A stretch of 64,000 bases of DNA from Trichosphaerium sp. ATCC 40318 (GCA_038496445.1 JALMLS010000268.1:186001-250000); one strand, 5' to 3'; counted from the stretch's first letter, positions 37,899-51,305 are shown. Program-made: numbers and translations. The notes: generated from the sequence alone by a model not told the origin.

Positions 37899-40625
37899 AT
37901 GTCAGCACCAACGTGCGTTTTTATTCTGTTTGTTTTGGACCGTAGATCCTTTTTTGCACGTGTTAATAAAGGTTTTGTCCTTATTTAAACTAGCCTTGAA
38001 GAACTCAAAGCTCGTCGCAAGTTAGCGGCTGAAGAGAGGCAGAGACGATGGAAAGAGAAGGAAAAAAAGGCGTGGGAAGCAAAACTAAAGGCTAAAGAAG
38101 AGGCAGACAAAAAAAAAGCGCTAGAAGCCGAGCAAGCTAAGCTAGCACTTCAAAAGCAAAAGGAAGAAGAAGAGCGGCTTAGAAAAGAACGAGAGGAACG
38201 CGAGAGGCAAGAGTATGAGGCTGTACGTTATAAATGACTATTATCGCATTATGATCAGTTTTTTTTTTGAATTTTGAGTAAAAAATGAACAACTACGTTT
38301 CATGTCACGTGACATCTTAAAATTTATCATTTTTATTCTGTACTAGACGTTAGCGAAGGAAAGGGCTGAATACGACGCTGAAGTACAGAGACAATGGGAA
38401 GAGAAGCACAATGAGCTTAATGCAGTATCTGACGCAGTACAAGAGCGCGTGGGTGATGGTATAATTAAAGAATCGGCACCACACGATGCAGTAAGTTGTT
38501 TATTTTTAGACACTCATTTATTTACCGATTGCTCAAAAGGATCGCGCTATCGACCCTGTAGCTACAGCAAACGTATCGAAAGCCAATGAAGATGATGTAG
38601 GGACTGCAGAGGCCATAAAAGGAACTACAAAAGAACCAGAAATTCAAGAAAAAGCGCCTCCAAAAGATCCAGAGCCTATAAGTGAACCTGAAGTGGTTCC
38701 AGAGCCTGAAGTAAAAGAAGAAAGAGTTCATCAACCGGAACCTGAACCTGAAGTGGTTTCAGAACCTGCAAAAGAACCTGAAGCAGCGCCAGCTCCAAAA
38801 AAAAAGATGACCTTTGCAGAAAAACTTGCTGCAATGAAGCGTAAGCAAAAAGAAGAGGAAGAGAAAAAAAAGAGGTACCAGGTACTAGTTCGCTGTGTTA
38901 TTAAACCAAACGTAGGGAAGAAGAAGAAAAGATACGTAAAAGAAAGGAAGCCGCAGAGGAAAGAAAACGAAGGTACATAGTGCCATCTAAAAAAAGTCAC
39001 GTGATCATAAGTACTTATTGGTTTTTAAAGGTGGGCTGCAAAGAAAAAGCAAGAGGAAGAAGCGCTATTAAAACAACTGGAAGAGAAACGTATAGCGGAG
39101 CAGAAAGCAAAAGAACAAAGAGAGAAGGAGCAAGAAGAGTATGAAGAGCAACAAAGACAAATGGCAGCCGAGAGAAGAGCACATGATGAAAAAGAGCGTT
39201 CTACATTTTTAGCTCAACAACTGGAGGTACCTCTTTTGTCATAAATACACTTTGTCTTATAATACCCCTAATAGGAAAAATTGAATCCAGGCAAGAAATC
39301 AACGCCTAAGCAAGACCCAGGAGAGCGCAAGGTAAGAGACAAGAACTCCAAAAAAATCATCTCATCCAAAAAAAATAGAGAAAATTGAAGACGACTGAAG
39401 AAGGTGTTACAATACTTGATGAAGAATACGTTCTACTTACAAGAACAAAGCCGTACGCAGTGGTATTTATACGCTAATATTTAAACATATTAAAGGGGAT
39501 TACGTGCTTCGCATCCAAGAGGATCAAGAGCACTACCAACAAGACGAAACAGTATGCAAATTATTTTAATATCCAAAAAACTAATGCCTATTTTTTTAAA
39601 TAGCTTTGCAGCACATAAACGTGCAAGTACTGCAACCTCCAAAACCTGATAGCGATCCAGATTCTGACCAACCTACAGAGCCAGATACAAATCCTCAGCC
39701 AACCAAAGCGCCTGAGCCTGAACAGCCTGAGCCTACTCCAGAAACAGTCAAAGAACCTGAGCCTGTAAAGGAACCTGAACCAACCCCAGAGCCAGAACCC
39801 GTAAAGGAGCCTGAACCAGTTAAAGAACCTGAACCTACTCCAGAGCCAATCAAAGAGCCAGAACCAGTACAGCCTGAACCTAGTCCTGAACCTATCAAAG
39901 AGCCGGAACCTGAACCTATCAAAGAACCTGAACCCATCAAAGAGCCTGAACCTGAACCAGAACAAGTCAAAGAGCCAGCAAAGGAGCCTGAGCCTGAACC
40001 TATCAAAGAACCTGAGCCCATCAAAGAGCCCGAAACTACACCAGAGCCGATCAAAGAACCTGAGCCCATCAAAGAGCCTGAACCAGAACCTATCAAAGAC
40101 CCTGAAATCAAAGAGCCTGAACCTGTCAAAGAGGCACCTCAAGAAAAACCTAAGGTCACAGACGTTGAAAGGTACTGATAGATAAGGTAACTACTGTAGT
40201 TGTTGATAAGTTGTAGACAACCATCGCCTGAGATACCCAAGTACAAACCAAGCAATCTTAAGAAGAGAAATATCAGAGAAGACCAAGTACCGCCAAAAGA
40301 TGACAAAACAAGGTATATACCATCCAAACGTCATGCATCTTTTTTTTAACTTACAACTTTAGTAACGTCAACACAACTGCCACACCTAATACAAGGTATT
40401 GCTGTAACAACTCAAACATGGACGATTTACTAACGCATATTAGTAGCAATATTACGCCAAAGGATGAAGAACCAAAGAAGAGAAAGAACCCTTCCACGGT
40501 AGATCTTTTAAACATTGAGCTTTTTATTTGTTCTAATTTCTTTATAGTGGTGGCTTGGTTACACAATTACAGGCGTTATTATTTTATCAGGCATTATGAT
40601 TTATGCCTATACAGCATATAGATAG
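37899..40625 (+). CDS. multi-exon charged coiled-coil + Pro/Glu/Lys-repeat protein with C-terminal tail anchor
   Basis: MSAPT|[23 protein letters not shown].. gives E/K/R-rich helices, followed by a long (I/V)KEPEP repeat and a last exon [25 protein letters not shown]. Confidence 0.7.
39700..40130 (+). repeat. coding minisatellite encoding (I/V)KEPEP(EP/TP) units
   Basis: Repeated atcaaagaRcctgaRccN units inside ORF 39606..40178. Confidence 0.9.
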
Positions 40626-41380
40626 ATTGCTTTCGTGAAGTACCACGTTTTTTTCTTGTCACATAATAAACAGCAGCAACTCAGCAACAAAATCTGTAAC
40701 CGTATAAAAATGTGAGATTTCAATAGCACACTTGCTTTTTTGAAGTATGTTGTTGTAACGAACGGACTTAAGCTTATTTAAGTGCAGCCACTTTACACTG
40801 TCAATTCTTGTTCCTTTATTTATCTAGTATGCCCTTAGTTAAATAAGAGGACATGTTGTTTTCCCTTAATGAGACTTGCTCCGCTGGTATTTCCAATAAT
40901 CCCATGTTTGAGTAATACGTCACAAGACGTGACAGACAAAGAAAACGAATTTAGATCCATAAAAACCTTCTAAAACCTCACCACGTATTTCCAAACTCTG
41001 TTTCCCCACTTTTCAGATCTTGGACAATTACGCACGTTCGGAAAAATTTTCGCCCCATTTTCCCGCGATATCAAAAAAGACTATAGTTGCGTAAGGGCTG
41101 TTTTTTCATGTGTAAGCGTTGCTGTTCTATTTTCGGAGGTCCCACGAAGTTGGACTATCAATTATACCGAAAAACACATGTCAAAAAGTCTCTTTGAGAA
41201 ATATGATCAGAAAATGTTGTTGAAGAGTCAAATGAGATGAAAACCACTGTTTTAACGCTCTTACTATTTTTTTACAAGATCTCCGCTGGTTCCTCCTTGT
41301 TTCCCTCGCAGAAAACTAAGTATTTTTCAATATTTTCAAAATATCCATAAAAATTAAATTACAACACAGTACGCACTACA

Positions 41381-42899
<1,519 letters not shown>

Positions 42900-43284
42900 A
42901 CAATATAATTCCGTGCAATGTCACAAACAATAAACTAAGTTTTTGCTATACTGTTGTGATTTGTTTAATGTTGACAGCTGAAAGAAAACCAACCAAACTT
43001 TTCCTTAGTGCCATTATTTTATTTCTATGTTGTTTGCCATTCACGAGCAATTACAAGTGCTGTTTTTGTAGTACAAGAGATGGGCTTCATGATCTAAATA
43101 GAACACCAAAGTCCTTTTCTATCAAGCACTGTTATTGAGCGTGGCTTTAGTTTCTTTTGTAAAGTTTGGGCAAAATTGCAATAGTTCATGTCAAACCCAA
43201 AAAAAAAATGTGGTGATCGCGTCAAGTGCCTCCTATTGTTCGAAGTTGTTCAATAGCCATTTGTGCACCAATATATCACCGGAC

Positions 43285-43373
43285 AAGTACGAAGTAATTT
43301 GATCTTGGGAGTCAAACGCCTATCCAATCGGCCACTCCTCACATCAATTAGAGGAGGTAGGAATCGAACCTAC
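43285..43373 (-). ncRNA. circularly permuted class II (Leu-like) tRNA-like element, functional status unknown
   Basis: Minus-strand order: T arm GTAGG-TTCGATT-CCTAC, 3' acceptor CTCCTCT-A, 7-nt linker, 5' acceptor TGAGGAG, TG, D arm GCC-GATTGGATA-GGC, G, anticodon arm TTTGA-CTCCCAAGA-TCAAA, variable hairpin TAC-TTC-GTA. Confidence 0.55.
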
Positions 43374-44117
43374 TTAATTTTGTTTTTTGTTGGTGAGCGG
43401 TAGCACTGCGGATTGAGACACTTTAACTTTATTGCACCACGACGACTATCAACATCAATTTTCTTCTTTTAAATAACGCAAAATACTATCCTAAAAAAAA
43501 GTGGGTTTTGAGAAACAGTGGCCATACAGCACAAGGCGAGCACGTTAAGTTGGTTAACGATTTTATCTTGCTTCAAATAGTTCGAACACCAAATGAGTAA
43601 TACACTACACTATGCTTCTTCTACCACTGTAAGAGTTCTGCGTAACTACAGTTGTATAATTTCGACGTGTAGCCACATGTAAGTTGCGTTTTTTATTGAA
43701 AATCTAGAGCTCTTTAGAATATTTTCACTGAATGATGCAGCTTTGTGTTTTGAAGTACGCTATCAATCATGTACAATTAATGTAGGCGCTAGCGCTGACC
43801 TCTTTTACATAATCATGACAGTGTTCTGACTTTTTTACAATTATCAAGTGGCAATGGTTTAAACGAATAAAAGATCACGGCGCTAAGGCTCAGAAATTAT
43901 CTTGTTTTTTAATTTCAATGTAGTTGCCTTTCGTGACATCCATACACTATTAGCGTTTCAAGCAGAGAACTCATGAGAGTAATAAATTACGTGTTTATTT
44001 TCTTTTGAAATCCATGTCCAAAAAGTACATTGTTACATTAAAAATACATTCATTGTTGCTTTAAAAACTGGCGTCGTTAGTTACTTCTAGGCGCCTACAG
44101 CTGTTTCCATACGGTCC

Positions 44118-45002
44118 TTACAGATCTTTGATGATTTTTTCATTGAGTCTGTCGTAGCTAGTCTGAGAATTAATAAATCACGTGACTGATAAATAAAAAA
44201 AGAAAAAGAAAAAAAAAAGAAATTAAAAAACTCGTACCTGATAATCCTTTCATCATATCACATGCCTCGTCAATCATATCAAAACTTTTTTGCATCATAT
44301 CTAACGCTTCAACACTATCTACTTTTGCCTTACATACTTTCTTTTCTCGTGCAATCTTTTCTAACTGTTTTTTGTTTTTCAACTTTTGTTCTGCTTTGTA
44401 TAACGCTTTCTCCTCTTCTGGGTCTAGCAAACCAAGTCGTTGTCTGTTCCTTAGTTGCATAGCTTCAAGGTCATCAGCGGACCGAGCTTTTATATGATGA
44501 GAGGCTCGTTTTGGCGAAGGCGGAGGTATTTCAATGCCGTGTTTGCGAAGGAGTTCGTAAGCTTGGTCTCTTTCTCTTTTAAGCGCTTTTTCCTTCCGTT
44601 TGAAAAGTTCAACGCGAGCAAGTAACTTTGACTCATGTCTTAAAGCTTCATCGCGTTCTATCTCCGATTCTTCAAGCCTTTTCTTTATACTGTCTTTTTG
44701 ATACTGAACAAGACGTAACTGCGCGCGAATACCAAAATCTTGCTTTGGAGACTGTTGTAATGATGCCCTTGATGTCGTTTTACCAAACGAAATAGTGGAA
44801 CCACGTGATCTAGAAAAGTAAAGGAGTTAATACCGAAAGTATTTATAGAGGTAAAAAAAAAGCTTCACGTGTACCTCCCAAGTATAGTCTTCGCGTTACC
44901 AGTACCATTATCTGTTTTTTTCATTTCTTTTCTTAGCTCATAATTTCTTGTTCCCAAGCTACGTCTTCTTGCTGATTTTATCTTACGTCTTGATGTGCTC
45001 AT
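44118..45002 (-). CDS. three-exon basic coiled-coil protein of unknown function
   Basis: MSTSRRKIKSARRRSLG..|SRGSTISF..KKRLEESEIERDEALRHESKLL..MMKGLS|..RLNEKIIKDL* with GT-AG introns. Confidence 0.65.
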
Positions 45003-46772
45003 TGTTATACTTGTTGAAATTTAAAAGAGAGAAACCTGACGGTCGAGATTGGATGACACTAAATACTTGGTGAGGAGATTACAAATGGAACAAAAAATAC
45101 TTCCATGAAGAAGTACTTGTAGTTTCCCTTTCTCAACGCACTTCTTGTCTTTGGGTACGCTCGTTAAGCTACAGATGTTCAGTACGTAAGTTTTTACGTA
45201 CGTAAAGCACGTGACTGCGTCTTCGCGTATTTAACGCCTGTAGTAACAGAAGGAGGGTGTTGTCAAATCTTGTTGTCAAAAAGTACGAAGGAGTTTTACT
45301 TTGCAGTGTTCGGCGTTGACACAAAAAATCTGAAAACTTTTTCTCACAATGCACGAGATTGAGCGATTACTTAAATAGTTCCGGGGACTTCCTTGGCTTT
45401 TTTAGGTATAGACACGTGCTATAGCCCTTTTCTTAATTGTTTTCAACATTTCTTCATTTTGATGCTATTTTTACAAAAAAACTAAATTAGTATTATTGGA
45501 CACAAAAGAAGGTTATGGAGAACTTCTTTGGAAGGTCCGTCGATTTATCTATTGTAACGGAAGCCAAAAAGCGTATTGTTCGTATTAAATATGTTATTCA
45601 TTCTACGTATTATTGCTAACAAACTCTTTTGGAATTAACAAAAAAATCTGATGGTTTTTTTTAATTGTTTATTAAAGACTGGTGTGATACCATTAAACGT
45701 AAGTGATGAGGAACTTTTATTACCTAAAACAAAGGGTACAATTGTAACTTTGAGATACATACAAACGGACAATAAGCGACTCTTGCGCCATGAAATGTAT
45801 TCCGAAGTGACTACCCTAAAAGGTGTTGCTCTTGGTTCTCAAGTTTTATGATACATAAGATTTTAAACGAGAGGTAGCTACTTCTACGAGGTGCTAGTTA
45901 TAAATTTCATACACATGAATCATTTAAAAATTTTTCATATCTGCTTCCAGTAAATACATGGCAACGGTAGCCTAGAGTAAATAAATAAGTCACCTGCCAC
46001 TTTACATTTGTAAAAAAAATGATACCGACGCACATCAGCCATTCAGCTTGTATTAAGTTTTGGGATGGCTATGCGGAAGCGTCTCCATCCTCAATACCTA
46101 ACACTTTGAGCGAATATTTCTTCAAAATCTCTCAAAATTGTTTTCAATTACAAAAAAAGTTCTAAGATACAAAAACAGCCACAGTGACATCCCACACGAT
46201 CCATTTGCCATCGCTAAAGATAGCATGTATTACGCCGCCAGTGTCACGGAATACATCTACAATATTCTGTGTAAGCTACACGATCTGGTTTTCAGCAAAA
46301 TGACGTGCAATGTTTCGATAAGTCCTTACCGTTTTCACAGCAGAACATTTTTTGGTTTGTGCTTCCCAGCACTTAGAGTTGATACAGTTGTCTATTGTTG
46401 TACATTCTGAACTTTCGCCATTATCACAAGGAAAACCGGTTAGTGCGTGACTGGACTTTAGATCAACGAGACAGTGATTTGGCAAATAAGTGCACACGCA
46501 ATGTGTCAGCCTTTAGCCGCCAAGAGGCAGACCTATGACTCGCAAGTTAGGAGATGGAGGAGTAAGTGGGAGGTGGGTTGAGATTGCGATAGCTTGTTTA
46601 TAGGGTAGCGCTTGTTGCAACGATAGAGAGGTACAAAGTCGCTCACTTTCTTGGCACTTACATTTGCACCGTCGAAGATGTCTGACGACTTTGTCTCTCC
46701 TCTAAGGCACAGGTGTACTTAACATCAAACTTAGCTTGTACTTGTTTAGCTACTTACAAACATCACTAAATC

Positions 46773-48347
46773 ATGGATTTCTGTGTTGTATCACTTGAAC
46801 AGGCGATAAAATACTACCACAAGAGGCATGCTCACGAATTCAGTAAAATTACTGCGAAACAGCATGAAACGTTCATAAAACAACTTGAAAACATTGTAAA
46901 TGCTGCAAACAAGCGCTTCTTACAAGAGCTTGATCAACATCTCTTTGGAAACATGGATACTGCCAGCGTGACTAAACAGCGTACAGACAGTTCTAGAGAA
47001 TTGAATGTGCCAAAATATGCCGAAACTGTAGCACAGTTTGAGCCAGAGGACGCACAGTTACCAAAATCCAAGCAAAGAAAGGAGTATGTACTACACACCT
47101 TAATCTTAGTTTGTTTGTCTAATGCTAAAAATAGAAGACAACATTTGACAAACAAAGTGCTTGACATTATTGATTTTCCTCCAGAGGTTATTGCAAATAT
47201 TCTAAATCATACAGATGCAAAATCAAGGTTCAGTGTTGCTCAATCGTGTCATTTGATGGCCGACATTATACATCAAGTTGTTGGATACAAAAAGATTTAC
47301 ATTTATGACATTCCAGATATCATACAGATACGACAGTACAAAGGTGTCATGAACAACACTCTTGTTGTCATGAAGATAGAAAATAATACTTTATTTTCGT
47401 TGTTATCTGGGTGTCGTAACATTGATACAAACTTTCTTAGACGTAGATTTTCAGATTTTGATATAAGTAGTGTTATCAATGATAATGATCTCAAAGCGCT
47501 TGCTGGAGTTCATTATATTTGCCTTCACCGATGTAAACACATAACAGATGAAGGTATCAAGGCATTGAGTGGCGTGCACAAAATTGACCTATCTATGACA
47601 TCAGTATCAGATGATGGAATCAAAGCACTAAAGGGTGTACATGACATAAACCTTGCATGTTGTGACAAAGTGACAGACGAAAGTATCAAAACACTTGCAG
47701 GTGTTCATACAATTTGCCTTTATGAATGTAAATATGTGACAGATGAAAGCATCAAAGCGTTAGTAGGTGTTCATACAATTGTCCTTTCTTACAGTTCAGT
47801 AACAGATAACGGCGTCAAGTTGCTTCAAGGAGTTCACACCATCCACCTCTCCCACACTTCTGTGACAAGTGAAAGTGTCAAAACACTTGCAGGTGTTCAT
47901 ACAATCTACCTTGATGGTACAGCAGTGACAGATGAGGGTATCAAACTACTTTCAGGTGTCCATATCATTGACCTTAAAGACACGCCAGTGACAGATGAGG
48001 GTATCAAAGCGCTCAGAGGTGTACACGCCATTGATCTTACTCGTACTGCAGTGACAGATGAAGGTATCAAAGCACTCAAAGGAGTTTATGCCATTAACCT
48101 TGATGGCACTACAGTTACAGACAAGGGAATCAACGCTCTTACAGGTGTTCATACAATCGGTGTTAGTAATTGTGAACATTTGACAGGCAAAGGTATTAAT
48201 GCACTAACAGGTCTTCATGCAATAGAAATACGTTTTGATTCTTCAACAACACTAGATCGAGTTTGCCATTTTGATGCTCGTGTTGTTGATTACTTTGGGC
48301 AATTTTTATACAATTTATTGAAAGACGAAAACATGTATGTTGTCTAA
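46773..48347 (+). CDS. F-box / leucine-rich repeat protein ('GVHTI.L' repeats) with N-terminal extension
   Basis: IIDFPPEVIANILNH..SRFSVAQSCHLM (F-box) followed by about 12 LRRs VTDEGIKALxGVHxIxL; probable in-frame 51-nt intron 47084..47134 (GTATGT..CTAAT..ATAG). Confidence 0.88.
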   Translation: MDFCVVSLEQAIKYYHKRHAHEFSKITAKQHETFIKQLENIVNAANKRFLQELDQHLFGNMDTASVTKQRTDSSRELNVPKYAETVAQFEPEDAQLPKSKQRKEYVLHTLILVCLSNAKNRRQHLTNKVLDIIDFPPEVIANILNHTDAKSRFSVAQSCHLMADIIHQVVGYKKIYIYDIPDIIQIRQYKGVMNNTLVVMKIENNTLFSLLSGCRNIDTNFLRRRFSDFDISSVINDNDLKALAGVHYICLHRCKHITDEGIKALSGVHKIDLSMTSVSDDGIKALKGVHDINLACCDKVTDESIKTLAGVHTICLYECKYVTDESIKALVGVHTIVLSYSSVTDNGVKLLQGVHTIHLSHTSVTSESVKTLAGVHTIYLDGTAVTDEGIKLLSGVHIIDLKDTPVTDEGIKALRGVHAIDLTRTAVTDEGIKALKGVYAINLDGTTVTDKGINALTGVHTIGVSNCEHLTGKGINALTGLHAIEIRFDSSTTLDRVCHFDARVVDYFGQFLYNLLKDENMYVV

Positions 48348-48413
48348 GAGTCGAATAAAACTACACTTGAAAAAAAAGGATTTATTGGATTGTGCATTCG
48401 ATTCTACGATTTG

Positions 48414-49952
48414 TTACTGGTTTACTGGCTTGTCATTTTGATAAACGGTTTGTACAATCTTGCCAGTGAGTGATTCGAAGGTTTTGTGTAGCCCTTCCTT
48501 GAGGTTGTTAACATATCTACCACACATGCAAACAACACCAGTAGAATGCCACATTGTTACAACTCCTTCAAGTTTACCATCTTTGTAATTAGCCTGCATC
48601 TTTGGTACTCCATTGTCATGCCACTTTCTATATTCCCCTTCAAGTTTGTCATCCACATAATTACAGTGCATAGACACTTTACCATTCTCATAAAACTCCT
48701 TGTACTGTCCTTCGATTTTACCTTCCTTGTAAAAGCAGTGAAGAACCAACAAACCATTTGAATTCCACTTCTTGTACTCCCCTTCGATTGTACCATTCTT
48801 ATAAAAGTAGTGAAGAGCCAACAAGTCATTGTCATGCCACTCTCTGTATTCACCTTCGAGCATGTCATCCACATAATTACAGTGCATAGATACTTTACCA
48901 TTCTCAAAAAACTTCTTGCAATCCCCTTCATTTTTACCATTCTTCTTCGTATTTGTCTGACGCAAATTTCCATTCTCATACCACTCACTGTGCTGGTTTG
49001 CTGTGTCTAGTTTCTGAATGTTTCCATTTGAGTGGTAAAATACTCTGCTGCCTTTAGTATGTTTCATCCACAATTGTCCGTTGTAGTCCCACATTGACAC
49101 ACTTTTATCCTGAAAATTAAAATGAAATTCCAGCTTTCCATTGCTATGCCACTGTTTGCTCTCCATATTGTTTACCATTCTCATATTTGGATTGTGACTT
49201 TATTTTCCCATCATCATACCATTCATTATGTTCACCGTGCTGTATACCATCTAACCACTCACACTGTTCCTTTAGTTGCATATTTTCATGCCATTCACTA
49301 CATTCACCATCTTTTTTGCCATTGACATAGCTGCACAAAAGCTGCGATGTTCCTGACTCTTCATATTGTTGGTGGTACACTCCATTTAACATTCCGTTGG
49401 TATATGTGCAGGTGCTGTTTTGCTGTCCATTTTCATACCATGTGTTGCGTGCTCCTGTTAAAAGGCCGTGTGTGTAGCTACAACGCTCTAAGAGTTGGCC
49501 GCTTTCAAACCATTGTTTGCTCTCACCATGTTTTTTGCCAAGATTCCACGTGGTATGTGACTGAAAGTATCCGTTTTCGAACCATGACTTGCTCTCGCCA
49601 TGCAAAACCCCACAAGAAAAAATTTGCTTCGTTTTAACCTTTCCGTCTTTGTGGAATGTTTGAAACACCCCATCCCGCTCTAGTGCATGAGTATAGCGTG
49701 TTGACCACGCCATACCCTTATTTAACACCGGCCACATCTGATTGATTTGACCAGTTGAGTCTTTTTTTATTATCATATCGTGCAGTTCCAGCGGCAAATC
49801 TATCAAGCGAACAGGAGTATTATCTTGTTTTTTTACCTGAGTGATGAGTTAGATCCAACCGAGTTTGTCTACTCTTTTGAAGTGTGAGTCGGTACCTTTT
49901 TAGGGTGTGGGCCTTTTATTGGACTGGGTTTGCGGGGTTTTTGAGGTTGCAT
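48414..49952 (-). pseudogene. F-box + MORN-variant repeat gene with an internal frameshift (pseudogene or assembly error)
   Basis: Exon 1 MQPQKPRKPSPIKGPHPKK|gtaccg..ctaac..cag|VKKQDNTPVRLIDLPLELHDMII. ORFs 49144..49806 and 48414..49184 join into one repeat array if 2 nt are restored at about 49160 (GGAGAGC vs the expected GGAGAGAGC = GESKQW). Confidence 0.8.
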
Positions 49953-50199
49953 TAAGTGTTTGTGTGAAGACGTGCTTTGAACTGTGTAGAATTCTAATTT
50001 TTATGTCCACTTTCAATCAGATTGATTACTTAATGATTCTTTGAACTTGCCATAAAACACAGTCAAGTTGCTTCTGTGTTGTGACAATGTGGTGCAGGGG
50101 AAAAAATAGGCTGATAGGTCGATTAGTTGTCCAAGACGGCATACTATTGACTGTTTACATACTACGTTACATTTTAATCACTTTCAATCACAGTTCAAT

Positions 50200-50450
50200 C
50201 TTGATCAACATCTCTTTGAAAACACTGATACAGCCACCAGCATGACTAAACAGCGTACAAACACATGCTAGAGACAAAATATACTCTTGGCTTGTGACAT
50301 AAAGATATTAAATCGCTTGCAGATGTTCACGCATTTGGCTTCGCTACTGCAAATATGCGACTGATGAAGGCATCAAAAAAGCATGATTGGGTATTCTCAT
50401 ACTACAGTTACAGACAAAGGAATCACCACTCTTACAGGTGTTCATACAAT
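50200..50450 (+). pseudogene. collapsed relic of an F-box/LRR gene paralogous to 46773..48347
   Basis: cttgatcaacatctctttgaaaac..tgactaaacagcgtaca matches 46930-46986, and actacagttacagacaaaggaatcaccactcttacaggtgttcatacaat matches 48108-48157, with large deletions between the two. Confidence 0.85.
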
Positions 50451-51305
50451 ATTTAAAAACACGTCTGTATGTTCCTTTCTTATACCATCCAAGTCCAATG
50501 AAAAACAATTGCATTTTTATTTATTTCATAAAGTAAGAAGCTTGCTTGAGTTGTAGCTTACAAAGGGATTTTAAATCAACACTAGTAAATGGTGTTCGGT
50601 CACGTGTTGTGATCAAAGTCAAAAACAGTCACATACAAGATAGTCATTGACTGTTTACTTGTGAGCATGTGAGTGGAAAGTTAAGTGCTGTAACTGCTAT
50701 ACAAGCGTTAACAATTACAATACATTTGATTCCATTTTCGAAAACTCGTTCATTTAACAGCTTTCCATTTAATGCTTAAAAGGTATCATTTGCTTAAGAT
50801 TTATGCTATTGCAAGTACTACATCAAAGGGCGTATCTCCTACAGCCACAATCTTTTTGTTTGAGCGTATTATGCACCATATAAAGGTACCTTGGTTTTTA
50901 AGTACAATAGCAGGCATATATCAGTGTACATGCAATGTGCAGTTGTCAAAACACACTGTAGCATACATAGGCGTTTTAACCGTAATTGCACTCTTCAATA
51001 TGTCCTTAGTGGGCTATTAATGCGCTTGCGAGTATTATAAAAAGTAACTCTGTATTGGAGTGCATTATTTTAAAATTGTCTTTTTCGAAAAAACTTTACC
51101 TTTGTGGTTTTGTTCGTACTTTGAATAAGTTTCTCTTAGAGAGATTGAGCCAAGAAGGTTTGTACTTTTTTCCTCATTATCATCGCATCGAATAAACCCT
51201 TTGGAGATTCCTCAATATGTCATCGAAGAGAAAGAAGGCAATATTTATTAGGTACAATTAAGTCACTCTGTCTTTTTTCTTAAGCGTTAGTTTTTTGCAC
51301 GGAAT

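Noticed and set aside
39588-40142. Minus-strand ORFs rich in RLFD/RFFD or GSGS
   Set aside because: These are antisense shadows of the KEPEP coding repeat on the plus strand.
43285-43373. Two-piece (permuted) tmRNA
   Set aside because: No G3:U70 alanine identity pair, and a full anticodon arm plus D stem are present, unlike tmRNA.
47490-48220. Regularly spaced nucleotide repeats (acagatgaRggtatcaa..ggtgttcatacaat) as a CRISPR-like array
   Set aside because: They are in-frame LRR coding units with synonymous variation and no unique spacers; there are no cas genes.
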